A stretch of DNA of 64,000 nucleotides from contig QCDI01000010.1 in NCBI GenBank assembly GCA_003280965.1, positions 13,581 to 77,580 on the forward strand, given 5' to 3'. This stretch comes from Prochlorococcus sp. AG-355-B18. GTDB lineage: Bacteria > Cyanobacteriota > Cyanobacteriia > PCC-6307 > Cyanobiaceae. Below are positions 1 to 10,139 of this stretch, piece after piece (the first letter of the stretch is position 1; every line of letters starts with the position of its first letter). A program made the translations under genes and the position numbers. The notes beneath the pieces are model-generated. The model saw nothing but the letters and a program-made list of their open reading frames with translations. It was not told where the DNA came from and searched no databases.

Positions 1-894
1 AATATAGATTTAATCTTTAAAAATACAGCCCTAGCCTTGTCTAGTCTTGTTGCAATAGTACTATTTGGAATTATTTTAGTAGTCTTTTTTCAGTCATTTG
101 AATCCTTCTCAAGGTATGGCTTAAATTTTCTAGTAACTTCTGAATGGAATCCAGTAAAAGATGAATATGGAGCTTTTACAGCAATATATGGGACATTAGT
201 TACTTCTCTTCTTTCATTATTGATTACTATCCCTTTAGGTGTTGGAACTGCGATATTTATTACAGAGGATTTTGTTCCGAAATTTGTCAGAGAAATAGTA
301 GGTTCATTTGTTGAATTACTAGCAGCTATACCATCTGTCGTATTGGGATTATGGGCGATATTTGTTATGGAACCTTTCTTTAGAGAGTTTTTTGTTTTTT
401 TACATAAATTCTTTGGTTGGATTCCTTTATTTAGTTCGGAGCCTGCTGGTCGGAATTCACTTTTAGCGATATTAATTTTAGTGGTAATGCTTTTACCAAT
501 AGTGACCTCGATAGCTAGAGATACGCTGAATCAAGTTCCCAAAAAGCTTAGGAATGCTGCCTATGGAATTGGTGCAAGTAGATGGAAAACTATATTTTCG
601 GTAATTTTGCCTGCTGCATTATCAGGAATTATGGCTGGAGTTCTATTGGCGTTAGGCAGGGCAATGGGTGAAACCATGGCTGTAACTATGATTATTGGAA
701 ATTCTAATGCATTTAGTTGGTCACTATTATCTCCTGGATATACCATCTCTTCTATGCTTGCAAACCAGTTTGGTGAAGCCGATGGAAGTCAGGTCTCATC
801 ACTTTTTTATGCGGCTTTTGTGTTGATGATCCTATCTTTAGTGGTTAATATCTTTGCTCAATGGCTAGTTAAGAAATTTAGTCTCAAATATTAG
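1..894 (+). CDS. pstC: Phosphate ABC transporter permease PstC (5' end outside the window)
   Basis: Frame is open from base 1. Hydrophobic permease with ELLAAIPSVV and ALGRAMGETMAV motifs, followed by pstA and pstB. Confidence 0.95.
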   Translation, partial: NIDLIFKNTALALSSLVAIVLFGIILVVFFQSFESFSRYGLNFLVTSEWNPVKDEYGAFTAIYGTLVTSLLSLLITIPLGVGTAIFITEDFVPKFVREIVGSFVELLAAIPSVVLGLWAIFVMEPFFREFFVFLHKFFGWIPLFSSEPAGRNSLLAILILVVMLLPIVTSIARDTLNQVPKKLRNAAYGIGASRWKTIFSVILPAALSGIMAGVLLALGRAMGETMAVTMIIGNSNAFSWSLLSPGYTISSMLANQFGEADGSQVSSLFYAAFVLMILSLVVNIFAQWLVKKFSLKY

Positions 895-1794
895 ATGATT
901 ATGAATTCTCTTTATTACCAGAAAAAACTATCACGAAATGTAGGAGATAAATTCTTTACTTCTTTATCAGTTTTTTGTGCACTCATAGCAATTCTTCCTT
1001 TGATTTTTGTGGTTACATATATTCTTATTAAAGGTGGATCTCAAATCACGCCAGAATTATTTACTCTAGAGCCAAATCCTCCTGGAGATGATTTAGATGC
1101 AGGAGGAATTAATCCTGCATTAGTTGGGACACTAGTAATTACAACTATTGCTTCACTTATTTCCATACCAGTAGGTGTTGGCGGTGGCATATATCTAGCT
1201 GAATACTCTAAAGGCGGTGCTTTTTCAAGGTTTATTAGATTCGGGGTAAATGTTTTAGCTGGTGTTCCTTCAATAATTGCAGGTGTATTTATTTATGCCT
1301 TAATCGTTTCAACAAAAATTTTATTTGGCAGTATGTACAGTGGTTTGGCAGGAGGTATGGCTCTTTCAATATTGATGTTGCCTACAGTTATAAAAACTAC
1401 TGATGAAGGTTTAAAGTTAGTACCAAATGAATTAAGGTATGCTTCTCTAGGGATAGGAGCAAGTATGTATACTACAATATTAAAAATAACTTTACCCACA
1501 GCATTTAGATCTATTGCTACTGGAGTTGTGCTTGGAATCGCAAGGGCTGCAGGTGAAACAGCACCTTTGATATTTACTGCTTTATTTTCTTACTACTACA
1601 TAGTAGGTATTGAAGATTTGTTTTACGAGATGGGCTCATTAGCTGTCTTGATATATAATTTTGCCCTTGAACCTTATGATGCTCAAAATAAACTAGCCTG
1701 GGCAGCTTCCTTTATTCTTGTCATATCAATACTAACAGTTAATATTTTTTCAAGGATATTGGCCGCTTTTACTGAGAAAACTAAGAGGGTATGA
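895..1794 (+). CDS. pstA: Phosphate ABC transporter permease PstA
   Basis: LAGVPSII and [10 protein letters not shown] motifs; second permease of the operon. Confidence 0.95.
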   Translation: MIMNSLYYQKKLSRNVGDKFFTSLSVFCALIAILPLIFVVTYILIKGGSQITPELFTLEPNPPGDDLDAGGINPALVGTLVITTIASLISIPVGVGGGIYLAEYSKGGAFSRFIRFGVNVLAGVPSIIAGVFIYALIVSTKILFGSMYSGLAGGMALSILMLPTVIKTTDEGLKLVPNELRYASLGIGASMYTTILKITLPTAFRSIATGVVLGIARAAGETAPLIFTALFSYYYIVGIEDLFYEMGSLAVLIYNFALEPYDAQNKLAWAASFILVISILTVNIFSRILAAFTEKTKRV

Positions 1795-1795
1795 A

Positions 1796-2605
1796 ATGAT
1801 TAAAAACACTAAAAAGTCGCAAAAGAAAAACATTTTATCTCTTGAGGATGTTTCTATTAGTTATGGAACTTTTGAAGCGGTAAAAAATGTTTTTTTAAAT
1901 TTTAAAGCAGGAGATATAACTTCACTCATTGGCCCTTCTGGTTGTGGTAAATCAACCGTTCTTAGAGCTTTGAATAGAATGAACGATTTAATCCCTAATT
2001 GTTCGTTAAAAGGGACAGTCCTCTTTGATGGAACTAATATCTATGACAAAAGAGTAGATCCAGTTGAAGTTAGAAGAAGAATCGGAATGGTTTTTCAACA
2101 ACCTAATCCTTTTCCAAAATCTATCTACGAAAATATTGCATTCGGAGCAAGAATCAATGGCTTTACTGGAGATATGGATGAATTAGTGGAAAGTTCCTTG
2201 AGAAAAGCTGCTGTATGGAGTGAATGTAAGGATAAATTAAATGATAGTGGTTACTCTTTATCTGGTGGACAACAACAAAGACTATGTATAGCAAGAACCA
2301 TCGCAATTGAGCCTGAAATAATTCTCATGGATGAGCCATGCTCAGCTTTAGATCCAATCTCTACATTAAAAATTGAGGAGACGATGCACGAACTTAAGAA
2401 GAATTACACAATAATTATCGTTACCCATAATATGCAGCAGGCTTTAAGAGTTAGTGATATGACTGCTTTCTTTAATGCAGTTGAATACGAAGATGGTGAC
2501 GGAGGAAAAGTTGGTTATCTTGCAGAATTTGATTCCACTAAGAAAATTTTTAATTCTCCAAAAGAAAAAACTACTCAGGAATACATATCAGGTAAATTTG
2601 GTTGA
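1796..2605 (+). CDS. pstB: Phosphate ABC transporter ATPase PstB
   Basis: Walker [18 protein letters not shown] signature, [11 protein letters not shown]-terminal YISGKFG. Confidence 0.97.
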   Translation: MIKNTKKSQKKNILSLEDVSISYGTFEAVKNVFLNFKAGDITSLIGPSGCGKSTVLRALNRMNDLIPNCSLKGTVLFDGTNIYDKRVDPVEVRRRIGMVFQQPNPFPKSIYENIAFGARINGFTGDMDELVESSLRKAAVWSECKDKLNDSGYSLSGGQQQRLCIARTIAIEPEIILMDEPCSALDPISTLKIEETMHELKKNYTIIIVTHNMQQALRVSDMTAFFNAVEYEDGDGGKVGYLAEFDSTKKIFNSPKEKTTQEYISGKFG

Positions 2606-2712
2606 TGTTAAATTTTTACTTTTAAAAGGACAAATTTTATCTTTGATAATGATGAGGGGTAGACAAACAGTATAAATACCTATATAGTTATCTCGAATTA
2701 GCAAGTTTATCT

Positions 2713-2802
2713 TTGAAAAACTATCCTTTTCTTCCTTTCTTGATTTTTGCAGGAGCTCTAATAACAACTGCAACAATAGGCTTACCTGTATTTACTTCAT
2801 AA
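2713..2802 (+). CDS. Putative 29-aa single-TM microprotein (MKNYPFLPFLIFAGALITTATIGLPVFTS)
   Basis: Hand-translated from a TTG start. One hydrophobic helix with Gly/Ala/Thr/Pro codons that are unusual for AT-rich spacer DNA. Below the ORF-track cutoff. Confidence 0.45.
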   Translation: MKNYPFLPFLIFAGALITTATIGLPVFTS

Positions 2803-2832
2803 TTTTAAAATAATTTCTGCTTAGTTATTCTT

Positions 2833-2988
2833 ATGATTACGCTATTAAAAAAAGATTTAATTGGAAGTCCTAATAAAACTTTAATAAGTGGAAAAATATT
2901 TGACTTTATGAAAAAAAGAGAGAATATGGATCTGTGTGGGAGTGAAAAATCTGTATTAAAACCATTTTCAAAGGTGGTTTATTTCTAA
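2833..2988 (+). CDS. Possible 51-aa hypothetical protein
   Basis: ATG...TAA open frame (MITLLKKDLIGSPNKTLISG...KVVYF) that fills the gap between two other micro-ORFs; no motif. Confidence 0.3.
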   Translation: MITLLKKDLIGSPNKTLISGKIFDFMKKRENMDLCGSEKSVLKPFSKVVYF

Positions 2989-2998
2989 TTTATTTATT

Positions 2999-3145
2999 AT
3001 GGATAAAACTAAAGAACAATTAGAAAAATTAAGAGAAGTTGCTGAAGCATCTCTTACAAAAACGGATGAACTTCAGAAAGTTCTCGCTCAAATCGAAGCT
3101 TTAATGTCTAGAGAAGAATCACAAAGATTATCCAAGAAGAAGTAA
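2999..3145 (+). CDS. 48-aa coiled-coil microprotein (MDKTKEQLEKLREVAEASLTKTDELQKVLAQIEALMSREESQRLSKKK)
   Basis: Hand-translated; protein-like composition with heptad periodicity. Confidence 0.7.
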   Translation: MDKTKEQLEKLREVAEASLTKTDELQKVLAQIEALMSREESQRLSKKK

Positions 3146-3254
3146 TTATTTAAAAAAAAATTTTAGTTTTGTACTTTTAATCACACCCCTACAATTTTGT
3201 AGTAGTTATTAATTGTATATGCAGAACCCGTTCCAAAGTTTTCTGTTAGGTCTC

Positions 3255-3293
3255 GAGGTCTTACCTTCTTTATGTGAAAGACCTCTTTTATTT
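3255..3293 (+). terminator. Intrinsic terminator-like hairpin
   Basis: GAGGTCTT (3255-3262) pairs with AAGACCTC (3278-3285), followed by TTTTATTT. Confidence 0.65.
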
Positions 3294-3328
3294 GTAAGTA
3301 TTTATCCTAATTTATTTCTTCTTCTTAT

Positions 3329-3631
3329 TTAGTTGATAACTTTATAAATTTCTTTCTTACAGACATTTACATCAAAAGATTCAGTATTTACAATTTCGAG
3401 TCCTGTTTTCTCTGTAACTTTAACTGTTGCGTTGCATTCGTCCTGCTTAAGAGCTAAATAACTTGGCTTTTTATTGTTCGTATCTAATTCAATATTAGAG
3501 TCAGTATTTTCTTTATATTGCTCCATAACAAGGGTGAGAGCTTCTATCTCAACGGAAAAATTTTCATTTGCTTTTGATTCAAATGAAAAAAAAAGAAATG
3601 GAAATAAAATCAAGCCAATTAATTTTTTCAT
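3329..3631 (-). CDS. Small exported hypothetical protein
   Basis: Sec-type signal (MKKLIGLILFPFLFFSFESKA) and two Cys in the mature part. Confidence 0.75.
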   Translation of the reverse strand: MKKLIGLILFPFLFFSFESKANENFSVEIEALTLVMEQYKENTDSNIELDTNNKKPSYLALKQDECNATVKVTEKTGLEIVNTESFDVNVCKKEIYKVIN

Positions 3632-3841
3632 TTCTATAAAATGTGTTTATTTTTTTTATAACGTGGATTGTTTGCTAAAGGAAGGGTCATTAGCCTTATG
3701 ATTTTTGAAATTATTAATTTTTTTCTTTTTAAATAAGTATTTTGAGATTAATTGATAAAAATATCTAACGAGACTTTTGAGTATAATTTGGTATTGTTAA
3801 ATGATAAATTTAATTCACTCTAGTAAAAATTTTCTTCGGAA

Positions 3842-4486
3842 TTATATTTCTATAATTTCCTCTTCAGAAATAATTGCCCATTTTTTAAATGTCTTTTTAC
3901 ACAGATAACCCCCTGTTAAATCCCCAAATGCAGGTAAGTATAAATTATTTTTTTTAGTATCCATTGCGAAACATCTTAAAGATAATTTATCTCCATTATT
4001 TTTTAAATAAAATTTTGGATGATAATGTCCGCAAATATTCAAATTTTTATTATCTGCTAGATCAAGAGGCTCATGACTAAAAATAATATTCTTATTTTTT
4101 CTAATATCAAAAATTTTTATATTTTTAATATTGCAACCAACATCATGATTCCCGAGAACAAGTTCAACATTGGTTTTAAGTTGTTCAGGAAGATCTTCAA
4201 CTCTTTTTTGAAGAGTTTTACTTATTGAATATTTACTATGAAATAAATCTCCTAAAATTATTAACTTTTCAGGGCTATATTTTCTTACTATTGACTCTAT
4301 TCTTGTGAAATTATTTTCATCTGAATTATTAGTCAGAGGTATACCATTTTGCTGAAAATATTCAGCCTTTCCAAGATGAACATCACAAATTAACAACTCT
4401 TTTGTTTGAGGTAGAAATAATGCCCTTGAAGGAAGCATTTCTATTAATGTGTCTTCCCAGTAAAATTTAAAAGAAGTTTTTTGCAT
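3842..4486 (-). CDS. pdeM: Ligase-associated metallophosphoesterase/endonuclease (PdeM/MPE type)
   Basis: Calcineurin-like motifs DVHLGK, GDLFH, GNHD, SHEP, GHYHP. ATG overlaps the helicase TGA (TGATG). Confidence 0.9.
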   Translation of the reverse strand: MQKTSFKFYWEDTLIEMLPSRALFLPQTKELLICDVHLGKAEYFQQNGIPLTNNSDENNFTRIESIVRKYSPEKLIILGDLFHSKYSISKTLQKRVEDLPEQLKTNVELVLGNHDVGCNIKNIKIFDIRKNKNIIFSHEPLDLADNKNLNICGHYHPKFYLKNNGDKLSLRCFAMDTKKNNLYLPAFGDLTGGYLCKKTFKKWAIISEEEIIEI

Positions 4487-6972
4487 CAAATACTATATTT
4501 TTTTATAAGTTTTTCTACTCTTTTTTCTATTGGTTCGTTACTTAAAGTATTTTTAAGTCTCTCAACTAATAACGGAAAAGCAAAAGGACTTGGAGTTTTT
4601 GTTTCGTTTATTAGCAGTTTTAATTTTTTTAATCTTTCTAATGATCTAGTTATTCTTTTATTTTCCAATTGGTATTCTTTTACTTCTTGATGTGATTGTT
4701 TTATTAAAAGATGATCTTCTTCGTATTTAGTAAAGACATCGTAAAAAAGACTTGAGCTTATTTGAAGTTGCGAGGATGTTTTTGTCTTAATTGGATTATT
4801 TTGATTTACTAGTCCACTAATTTGAGCAATATTTTTGAATCTACGTTTTGTTAATTCTGAAAAATTAATTGCATTTTCAAGGTCTTCTTCTAATTTTTTG
4901 TTATCTAAAAAATAATTGGCTTCTTTTTTTATTATGGAAAAATCATAATCTTCGAAGGTGGTTAAGCTGAATCCAAAATCATTAGCAGTGATACTAAATG
5001 TAGATTGTTTTAATTTTGCAAATCTCAAAGCCCATAGAAATGCTATTCCTTCATTTACAAATTTGCCATCTAATGTGAATACAAAAAGATTAGATAAATC
5101 CTTTGTTTTATATATTTCAATAAGGAATTCATCTTTCTTTGGAATATTAGAGAGAGCCTTTTGTTTATTTAATATTGGAAGTAATGAATTTAATTCTGGA
5201 TTTAAGTAATCATTATTTTCTAGTTTATTGCATATATCTATCTCTTTCCTCAAACTCTCACTAAGTAAATCAGAAATTGCCATTTGACCACCAACCCAAG
5301 CAGGAATAAGAGAACTTTTCTTAGATGATTTTTTTACGTATAAAATCATATCTCTGATTCTTACAAATTGAAGCATTTTCCCAGCGAAATAAAAGGTATC
5401 GCCAGGACTTAATTTTGATGCAAAATTTTCTTCTAAGTTACCTAAGGATTTACCCTTGATATATTTAACATTCACAAATTTGTCACTTGTAATTGTCCCA
5501 ATATTGAACTTATGCATTCTTATTAAAGATTTGTCCTTCACGAAATATCTAAAATTTTCATTTTCATTTTTTGATTCTTCTTTCTCAATTTTTTTATATT
5601 TCGGGTATGCTTTAAGGCATTTTCCTCCATATTCTAAAAAGTCAATACACCAATCCCAATCTTTATCTTTTAAGTTTCTATAACTCCAGCAATTTTTAAT
5701 CCTTTCTTTTTCTATGGCTGGATTAAAGCCATTTCCGCAGGCCAGACTTATTAGATGTTGAAGAAGCACATCATAAGATAATTCAGGAAGTCTAATATTT
5801 TCAGATATACCGCTTTTTATAATTCTTCTCATTGCACTTATCTCTAATAATTCTAAGGAATTAGTAGGCATAAAAATTATTTTTGATTTTCCGCCTGGTC
5901 TATGAGCACTTCTTCCTGCTCTTTGGATTAGTCTAGCCAAATTTTTTGCACTTCCAATTTGAACGATTTGATCTACAGGTTGGAAGTCAACACCCAAATC
6001 TAATGAGCTGGTACAGACTACCCATTTTATTAATCCATCTTTAACTCCTTCTTCAACTCTTTTTCTATCGTCTTTATCAAGTGAGCCGTGATGAATTGCT
6101 ATTTTGTCTTCCATCTCTGGGAGAAAAAATCTAAGACATTGATACCATCTTTCGGATTGATTTCTTGTATTAGTAAATAATAAAGTACTTTTGTTTTTAT
6201 CCAGAATTTTTAAAAGTGAAGCATGACTTCTAATTCCTAGATGTCCGCTCCATGGAAAGGTAGTTTTCTCCTCCGGTAAAACACTTATGATTTCTATTTC
6301 TTTTTGAATATTTGTACTAATTATTTTGGGTCTAGAGCCTTTTATTCCAACTATTGATCTCGCCGCTTCTTCGATATTTCCTATAGTTGCAGACATTGCC
6401 CAAATTTGTAAATTTTTAATATTACCTCTTAGCCAACTTAAGGATAATTCGCACTGGTTACCTCTTTTACTACCCATCAATTCATGCCATTCATCAATAA
6501 TTATTGATGACAATTCTTTAAAAAGATTATTAGATTCTTTATTAGAAAGTAAAAGAGTAAGAGACTCTGGAGTAGTAATAAGAATATTAGGAGGTTTAGT
6601 TAATTGCTTTTTCTTTTCATATGGAGTGGTATCGCCATTCCTAATTGCAACAGTAATGTCTTTATTAAAATATAAAGCTGCTAATTGTATTGAATTCTTT
6701 AAATCTCTACTTAGAGCTTTTAAGGGAGTTATTAATAATATATTCACACTTTTATTATTTTTGGGATCTTCTATCTTTGATAAAGGTCCCATTAATGCAG
6801 CATAAGTTTTGCCACAACCGGTAGGCACTTGAATTATTCCATTTTCACCATTTAAGAATGCTTCCCATGATTCAAGTTGGAAAGGTAAGGGATCCCAACC
6901 ATTTGTGAAAAAAAACTTTTCAATTTTAGATATTAAATTAATCTGCCTATTATTTTGCGTAATATTTTTCAT
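4486..6972 (-). CDS. Ligase-associated Lhr-core DEXH-box helicase
   Basis: PTGCGKT, DEWHE, MSAT, HHGSL, QRAGRSAH motifs; Lhr-type C-terminus PSPFAFPL. Confidence 0.93.
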   Translation of the reverse strand: MKNITQNNRQINLISKIEKFFFTNGWDPLPFQLESWEAFLNGENGIIQVPTGCGKTYAALMGPLSKIEDPKNNKSVNILLITPLKALSRDLKNSIQLAALYFNKDITVAIRNGDTTPYEKKKQLTKPPNILITTPESLTLLLSNKESNNLFKELSSIIIDEWHELMGSKRGNQCELSLSWLRGNIKNLQIWAMSATIGNIEEAARSIVGIKGSRPKIISTNIQKEIEIISVLPEEKTTFPWSGHLGIRSHASLLKILDKNKSTLLFTNTRNQSERWYQCLRFFLPEMEDKIAIHHGSLDKDDRKRVEEGVKDGLIKWVVCTSSLDLGVDFQPVDQIVQIGSAKNLARLIQRAGRSAHRPGGKSKIIFMPTNSLELLEISAMRRIIKSGISENIRLPELSYDVLLQHLISLACGNGFNPAIEKERIKNCWSYRNLKDKDWDWCIDFLEYGGKCLKAYPKYKKIEKEESKNENENFRYFVKDKSLIRMHKFNIGTITSDKFVNVKYIKGKSLGNLEENFASKLSPGDTFYFAGKMLQFVRIRDMILYVKKSSKKSSLIPAWVGGQMAISDLLSESLRKEIDICNKLENNDYLNPELNSLLPILNKQKALSNIPKKDEFLIEIYKTKDLSNLFVFTLDGKFVNEGIAFLWALRFAKLKQSTFSITANDFGFSLTTFEDYDFSIIKKEANYFLDNKKLEEDLENAINFSELTKRRFKNIAQISGLVNQNNPIKTKTSSQLQISSSLFYDVFTKYEEDHLLIKQSHQEVKEYQLENKRITRSLERLKKLKLLINETKTPSPFAFPLLVERLKNTLSNEPIEKRVEKLIKKYSI

Positions 6973-8609
6973 GATATTTCTCTCATCAATTTATAAGCAT
7001 TATCTAGGCTATCTGCATCATTAATTTTTTTATCTTTCCTCCATTTTGTTATTCTTGGAAATCTTACTGCTATTCCTGATTTATGTCGTTTTGAAATTTG
7101 TATTTTCTCAAAAGATATTTCGAATACCATTTCTGGTTTCAATGATCGAACAGGTCCAAATTTATCTATTGTGTTTTTTCTTATCCATTTATCTAATTCT
7201 TTAATCTCAATATTTGTTAGACCAGAATACGCACTTGCAAATTTAATTAATTCTTTGTCTTTCCATAATGCAAAACTATAGTCTGTATAAAGACCTGCTC
7301 TTCTTCCACTTCCACCTTTAGCGTAAATTAAAACAGCATCCAGTTGCATAGGGTCAACTTTATATTTCCACCAAATACCTTTTTTTCTTCCAGAAGTATA
7401 TATAGAACTCTTTTTCTTAATTATTAATCCTTCCGTATTATTTTCTCTAGATTTGTTTTTGTAACTTAAAGCATCTGCCCAATCTTTGGGATATATTAAA
7501 TCACATATTTTGAAAATATTAGAGATATTATTCTCAGTTTTATTTTGCCATTTCGAAAAATATTTTTCTAAATCAATTCTCCTATTTTCTAATTTAATTT
7601 CTCTTTTATCCATCCCGTTCAACTCTAAAAGGTCATAAGCGATAAAAATAATTGGATATTTTTTTTGGATTGATTTAGTAGGAGATTTTCTATTTATTCT
7701 TTTTTGCATAAAAGAAAAATCCATAGCAACTTGATCCTTAAAATTCCAGACTAATAATTCCCCATCTAGAACAAAATCATCTTTTATACTCGACATTTTC
7801 TCCACTAATTCTGGAAAAGATTTGTTTACTAATTCTTGCCCTCTATTCCATAATGAAAGGTTCCCTGATCTTTTTATTACTTGAATCCTGATACCGTCGT
7901 ATTTCCATTCAAACTGAAAATCATTTATTGAATCTTTGAAAATTTTATCTTCAAATGTATTTGCTAATAAAAATGGAAATGGTTTGGAATTTAACTCTTC
8001 AAGATTGATATTCCTGTTAAATAAAAATTCATACGCATTAATTGAAGGCTTGAAATCACCCATCAATCTATGAGAAATTATCTCTTCATCAATATTAATA
8101 AGCTTTGCTATGGATTTTGTTATCAATCCAACTGAGACTCCAACTCTAAAAGTTCCGGTAAGAATTTTATTAAAAGTAAGATGATTATCCGCAGGTAAAG
8201 TTTCCCAAGCTTTTTTAATTCTTGATTTTTTTTCCTCCTCATTTAGTTTTGATAATTCGGGTAATATTTTACTTAATAATTCATTTAGAGATGTTTTATG
8301 AATTTTTTTAGTTTGAGAAGTATTCTTATTTTTAAGCAATAACGTAATCACCTCAGCCGAATCACCAACTTTTAAATAACATGTATCGATTAACCATTGA
8401 GGGTAGTCATATACTTCAGAAAAAAGATCTCTTAAGTATCTTCCACTAACAAATCTCTTATTATTTTTCCCTGTTAGTAGATATATTGTCCATGCATTAT
8501 CTATTGGTCTATTTGATAAAAAATATTTCTTTAAAACTTCAATTTTATTATTTGTACTGTTACTTGAATCAAGATCTACAAATAATTCTGAAAACTTATT
8601 TAAACTCAT
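6969..8609 (-). CDS. ATP-dependent DNA ligase (LigB/PP_1105-like)
   Basis: Adenylation motif EWKYDGIR, plus LDGEL, EGLIIK, WWKYK and AVRFPR. Confidence 0.95.
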   Translation of the reverse strand: MSLNKFSELFVDLDSSNSTNNKIEVLKKYFLSNRPIDNAWTIYLLTGKNNKRFVSGRYLRDLFSEVYDYPQWLIDTCYLKVGDSAEVITLLLKNKNTSQTKKIHKTSLNELLSKILPELSKLNEEEKKSRIKKAWETLPADNHLTFNKILTGTFRVGVSVGLITKSIAKLINIDEEIISHRLMGDFKPSINAYEFLFNRNINLEELNSKPFPFLLANTFEDKIFKDSINDFQFEWKYDGIRIQVIKRSGNLSLWNRGQELVNKSFPELVEKMSSIKDDFVLDGELLVWNFKDQVAMDFSFMQKRINRKSPTKSIQKKYPIIFIAYDLLELNGMDKREIKLENRRIDLEKYFSKWQNKTENNISNIFKICDLIYPKDWADALSYKNKSRENNTEGLIIKKKSSIYTSGRKKGIWWKYKVDPMQLDAVLIYAKGGSGRRAGLYTDYSFALWKDKELIKFASAYSGLTNIEIKELDKWIRKNTIDKFGPVRSLKPEMVFEISFEKIQISKRHKSGIAVRFPRITKWRKDKKINDADSLDNAYKLMREIS

Positions 8610-8611
8610 AC

Positions 8612-9598
8612 TTATTTCTCAAATAAAAGAACATTTATAGATTCTTTCTCACTTAAATATTTACTTAATGCTTCACTATCTCCATGATGAAAAAATACAT
8701 TTTTTGCTTCAGACTTTTTTACTACTTCTAAGATCCCTTCCCAATCTGCATGATCAGAAATTGCAAATCCTTTATCATAACCTGATCTATTTCTAAGAGC
8801 TCTTATTGACATCCATCCACTCGCAAAAGCTGTTTGAATATTTTTGAAGTTCTTTAGATAAGAGCCTTTACTTAAAGATGGAGGTAATAATATTAGATTC
8901 CCTTTAAGGTCATCAATCTTTTTTTTGTTTTCTATTTTTATTGTATCTTTAATACAAATTCCAAGTTGTCTATAACAATCGTTCATTTTATGAATACTGC
9001 CATGGGTATAGATGTTACCTTCAAAATTTGTTTTACTAATTTCGTTTAATAACCTTTGTGCCTTCCCAAGTGAATAACAAAAAAGTAAAGAAGTTTTGTC
9101 TGGAGAATTATTTATCCAGTTTGAAATATTAATTGCTATGTTTTTTGTTTGATCCCATTTAAATATTGGCAAACCAAAAGTACATTCGCTTATTAAATAA
9201 TCAGTTTTTACTATTTCATATTTTTTGCAAGTTTCATCTTTTTGAAGCTTATAGTCACCAGTTATTAGCCATTTTTCTCCAGCGAATATAAATCTTATTT
9301 GACTAGAACCAAGTATATGACCAGAAGGATGAAAAGAAATATTTATCCCATCTATCTTAAATTCTTCTCCATAATCAAAAGGTTTTATATTGACATTGTC
9401 TCCAACTCTTTTTTTTATAAGAACTGCAGTCTCTTTAGTAGAGAGGTATTCTTCACAGCCAAACGTAAAGTGATCAAAATGAGCATGGGTTATTAACGCT
9501 CTCTTTACTGGCTTACTTGGGTCTATCCAAATATCAGCTAGTTCACAGTAAAGATTTCCATCTTTATATTTAATTAGATTTTCTTCCTTGGTTCTCAA
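8612..9598 (-). CDS. Ligase-associated metallo-beta-lactamase-fold (beta-CASP-like) exonuclease
   Basis: THAHFDH (HxHxDH), GHILGS, TGDYK, ECTFG and SDHADW motifs. Confidence 0.92.
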   Translation of the reverse strand: MRTKEENLIKYKDGNLYCELADIWIDPSKPVKRALITHAHFDHFTFGCEEYLSTKETAVLIKKRVGDNVNIKPFDYGEEFKIDGINISFHPSGHILGSSQIRFIFAGEKWLITGDYKLQKDETCKKYEIVKTDYLISECTFGLPIFKWDQTKNIAINISNWINNSPDKTSLLFCYSLGKAQRLLNEISKTNFEGNIYTHGSIHKMNDCYRQLGICIKDTIKIENKKKIDDLKGNLILLPPSLSKGSYLKNFKNIQTAFASGWMSIRALRNRSGYDKGFAISDHADWEGILEVVKKSEAKNVFFHHGDSEALSKYLSEKESINVLLFEK

Positions 9599-9638
9599 AA
9601 CAACATTTTTTGAATGCAGTTAATTTAGCTAATTACGC

Positions 9639-10055
9639 CTAAGCTTGTTTGGATAACGCTATAGCTGAAATTGTAAGTAAGGCAATAACTACAAATTTGT
9701 TGCTCCAATTAATCATGAAAATACTAATTCTGTTAGCAGGAACTTTATTAGATAAAGAAATTTTTTTCTCATTTATTGTTTGGGTTGTGTGATTTTGGTC
9801 TATATCTCTTACGTAATTAAAATTATTAATCTTATTTATTAATTTAGCCTCACAAGTTGATAGGGTTTCAACTTGATTTAATAACTCTATATCATCAGGT
9901 TTTAATAAACTATTTAATTCTTTAACTTGTAATTCGTTATTTATAAGGAATTCATTAACTATCTCTTCTGAGCTTAACCCATTCTTTATTTTTAAAAGAA
10001 TATCATCTCTTTCCCAGGAATTTTCAAGGGAATTTAAAATTTTGCTTATGCTCAT
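9639..10055 (-). CDS. Hypothetical protein with C-terminal membrane anchor
   Basis: 138-aa ORF with a hydrophobic C-terminal stretch FVVIALLTISAIAL. Confidence 0.75.
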   Translation of the reverse strand: MSISKILNSLENSWERDDILLKIKNGLSSEEIVNEFLINNELQVKELNSLLKPDDIELLNQVETLSTCEAKLINKINNFNYVRDIDQNHTTQTINEKKISLSNKVPANRISIFMINWSNKFVVIALLTISAIALSKQA

Positions 10056-10139
10056 TTTAAGTATTTTTACTTATGATAAAATATTATTTTTTTCTTCTGT
10101 GGTTTATTCTTCTAAGGAATTAGAAAATATAAGTTTTAT

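Noticed and set aside
2475..2776. Track ORFs 2475-2675 (+) and 2588-2776 (-)
   Set aside because: They overlap pstB out of frame or antisense and have low-information composition. The 2713-2802 frame explains the local signal better.
2606..2998. Possible Pho box after pstB
   Set aside because: TTAA words are present but lack 11-bp periodicity, as expected by chance in AT-rich DNA.
3151..3165. Poly-A/T tracts (also at 13030-13045) as phase-variation sites
   Set aside because: They are intergenic and common at this AT content, and no frameshifted gene is associated with them.
9633..9641. TAG-GCG-TAA at the end of the 138-aa ORF, suggesting a TGG-to-TAG change or readthrough
   Set aside because: It would alter only two residues and cannot be judged without orthologues.
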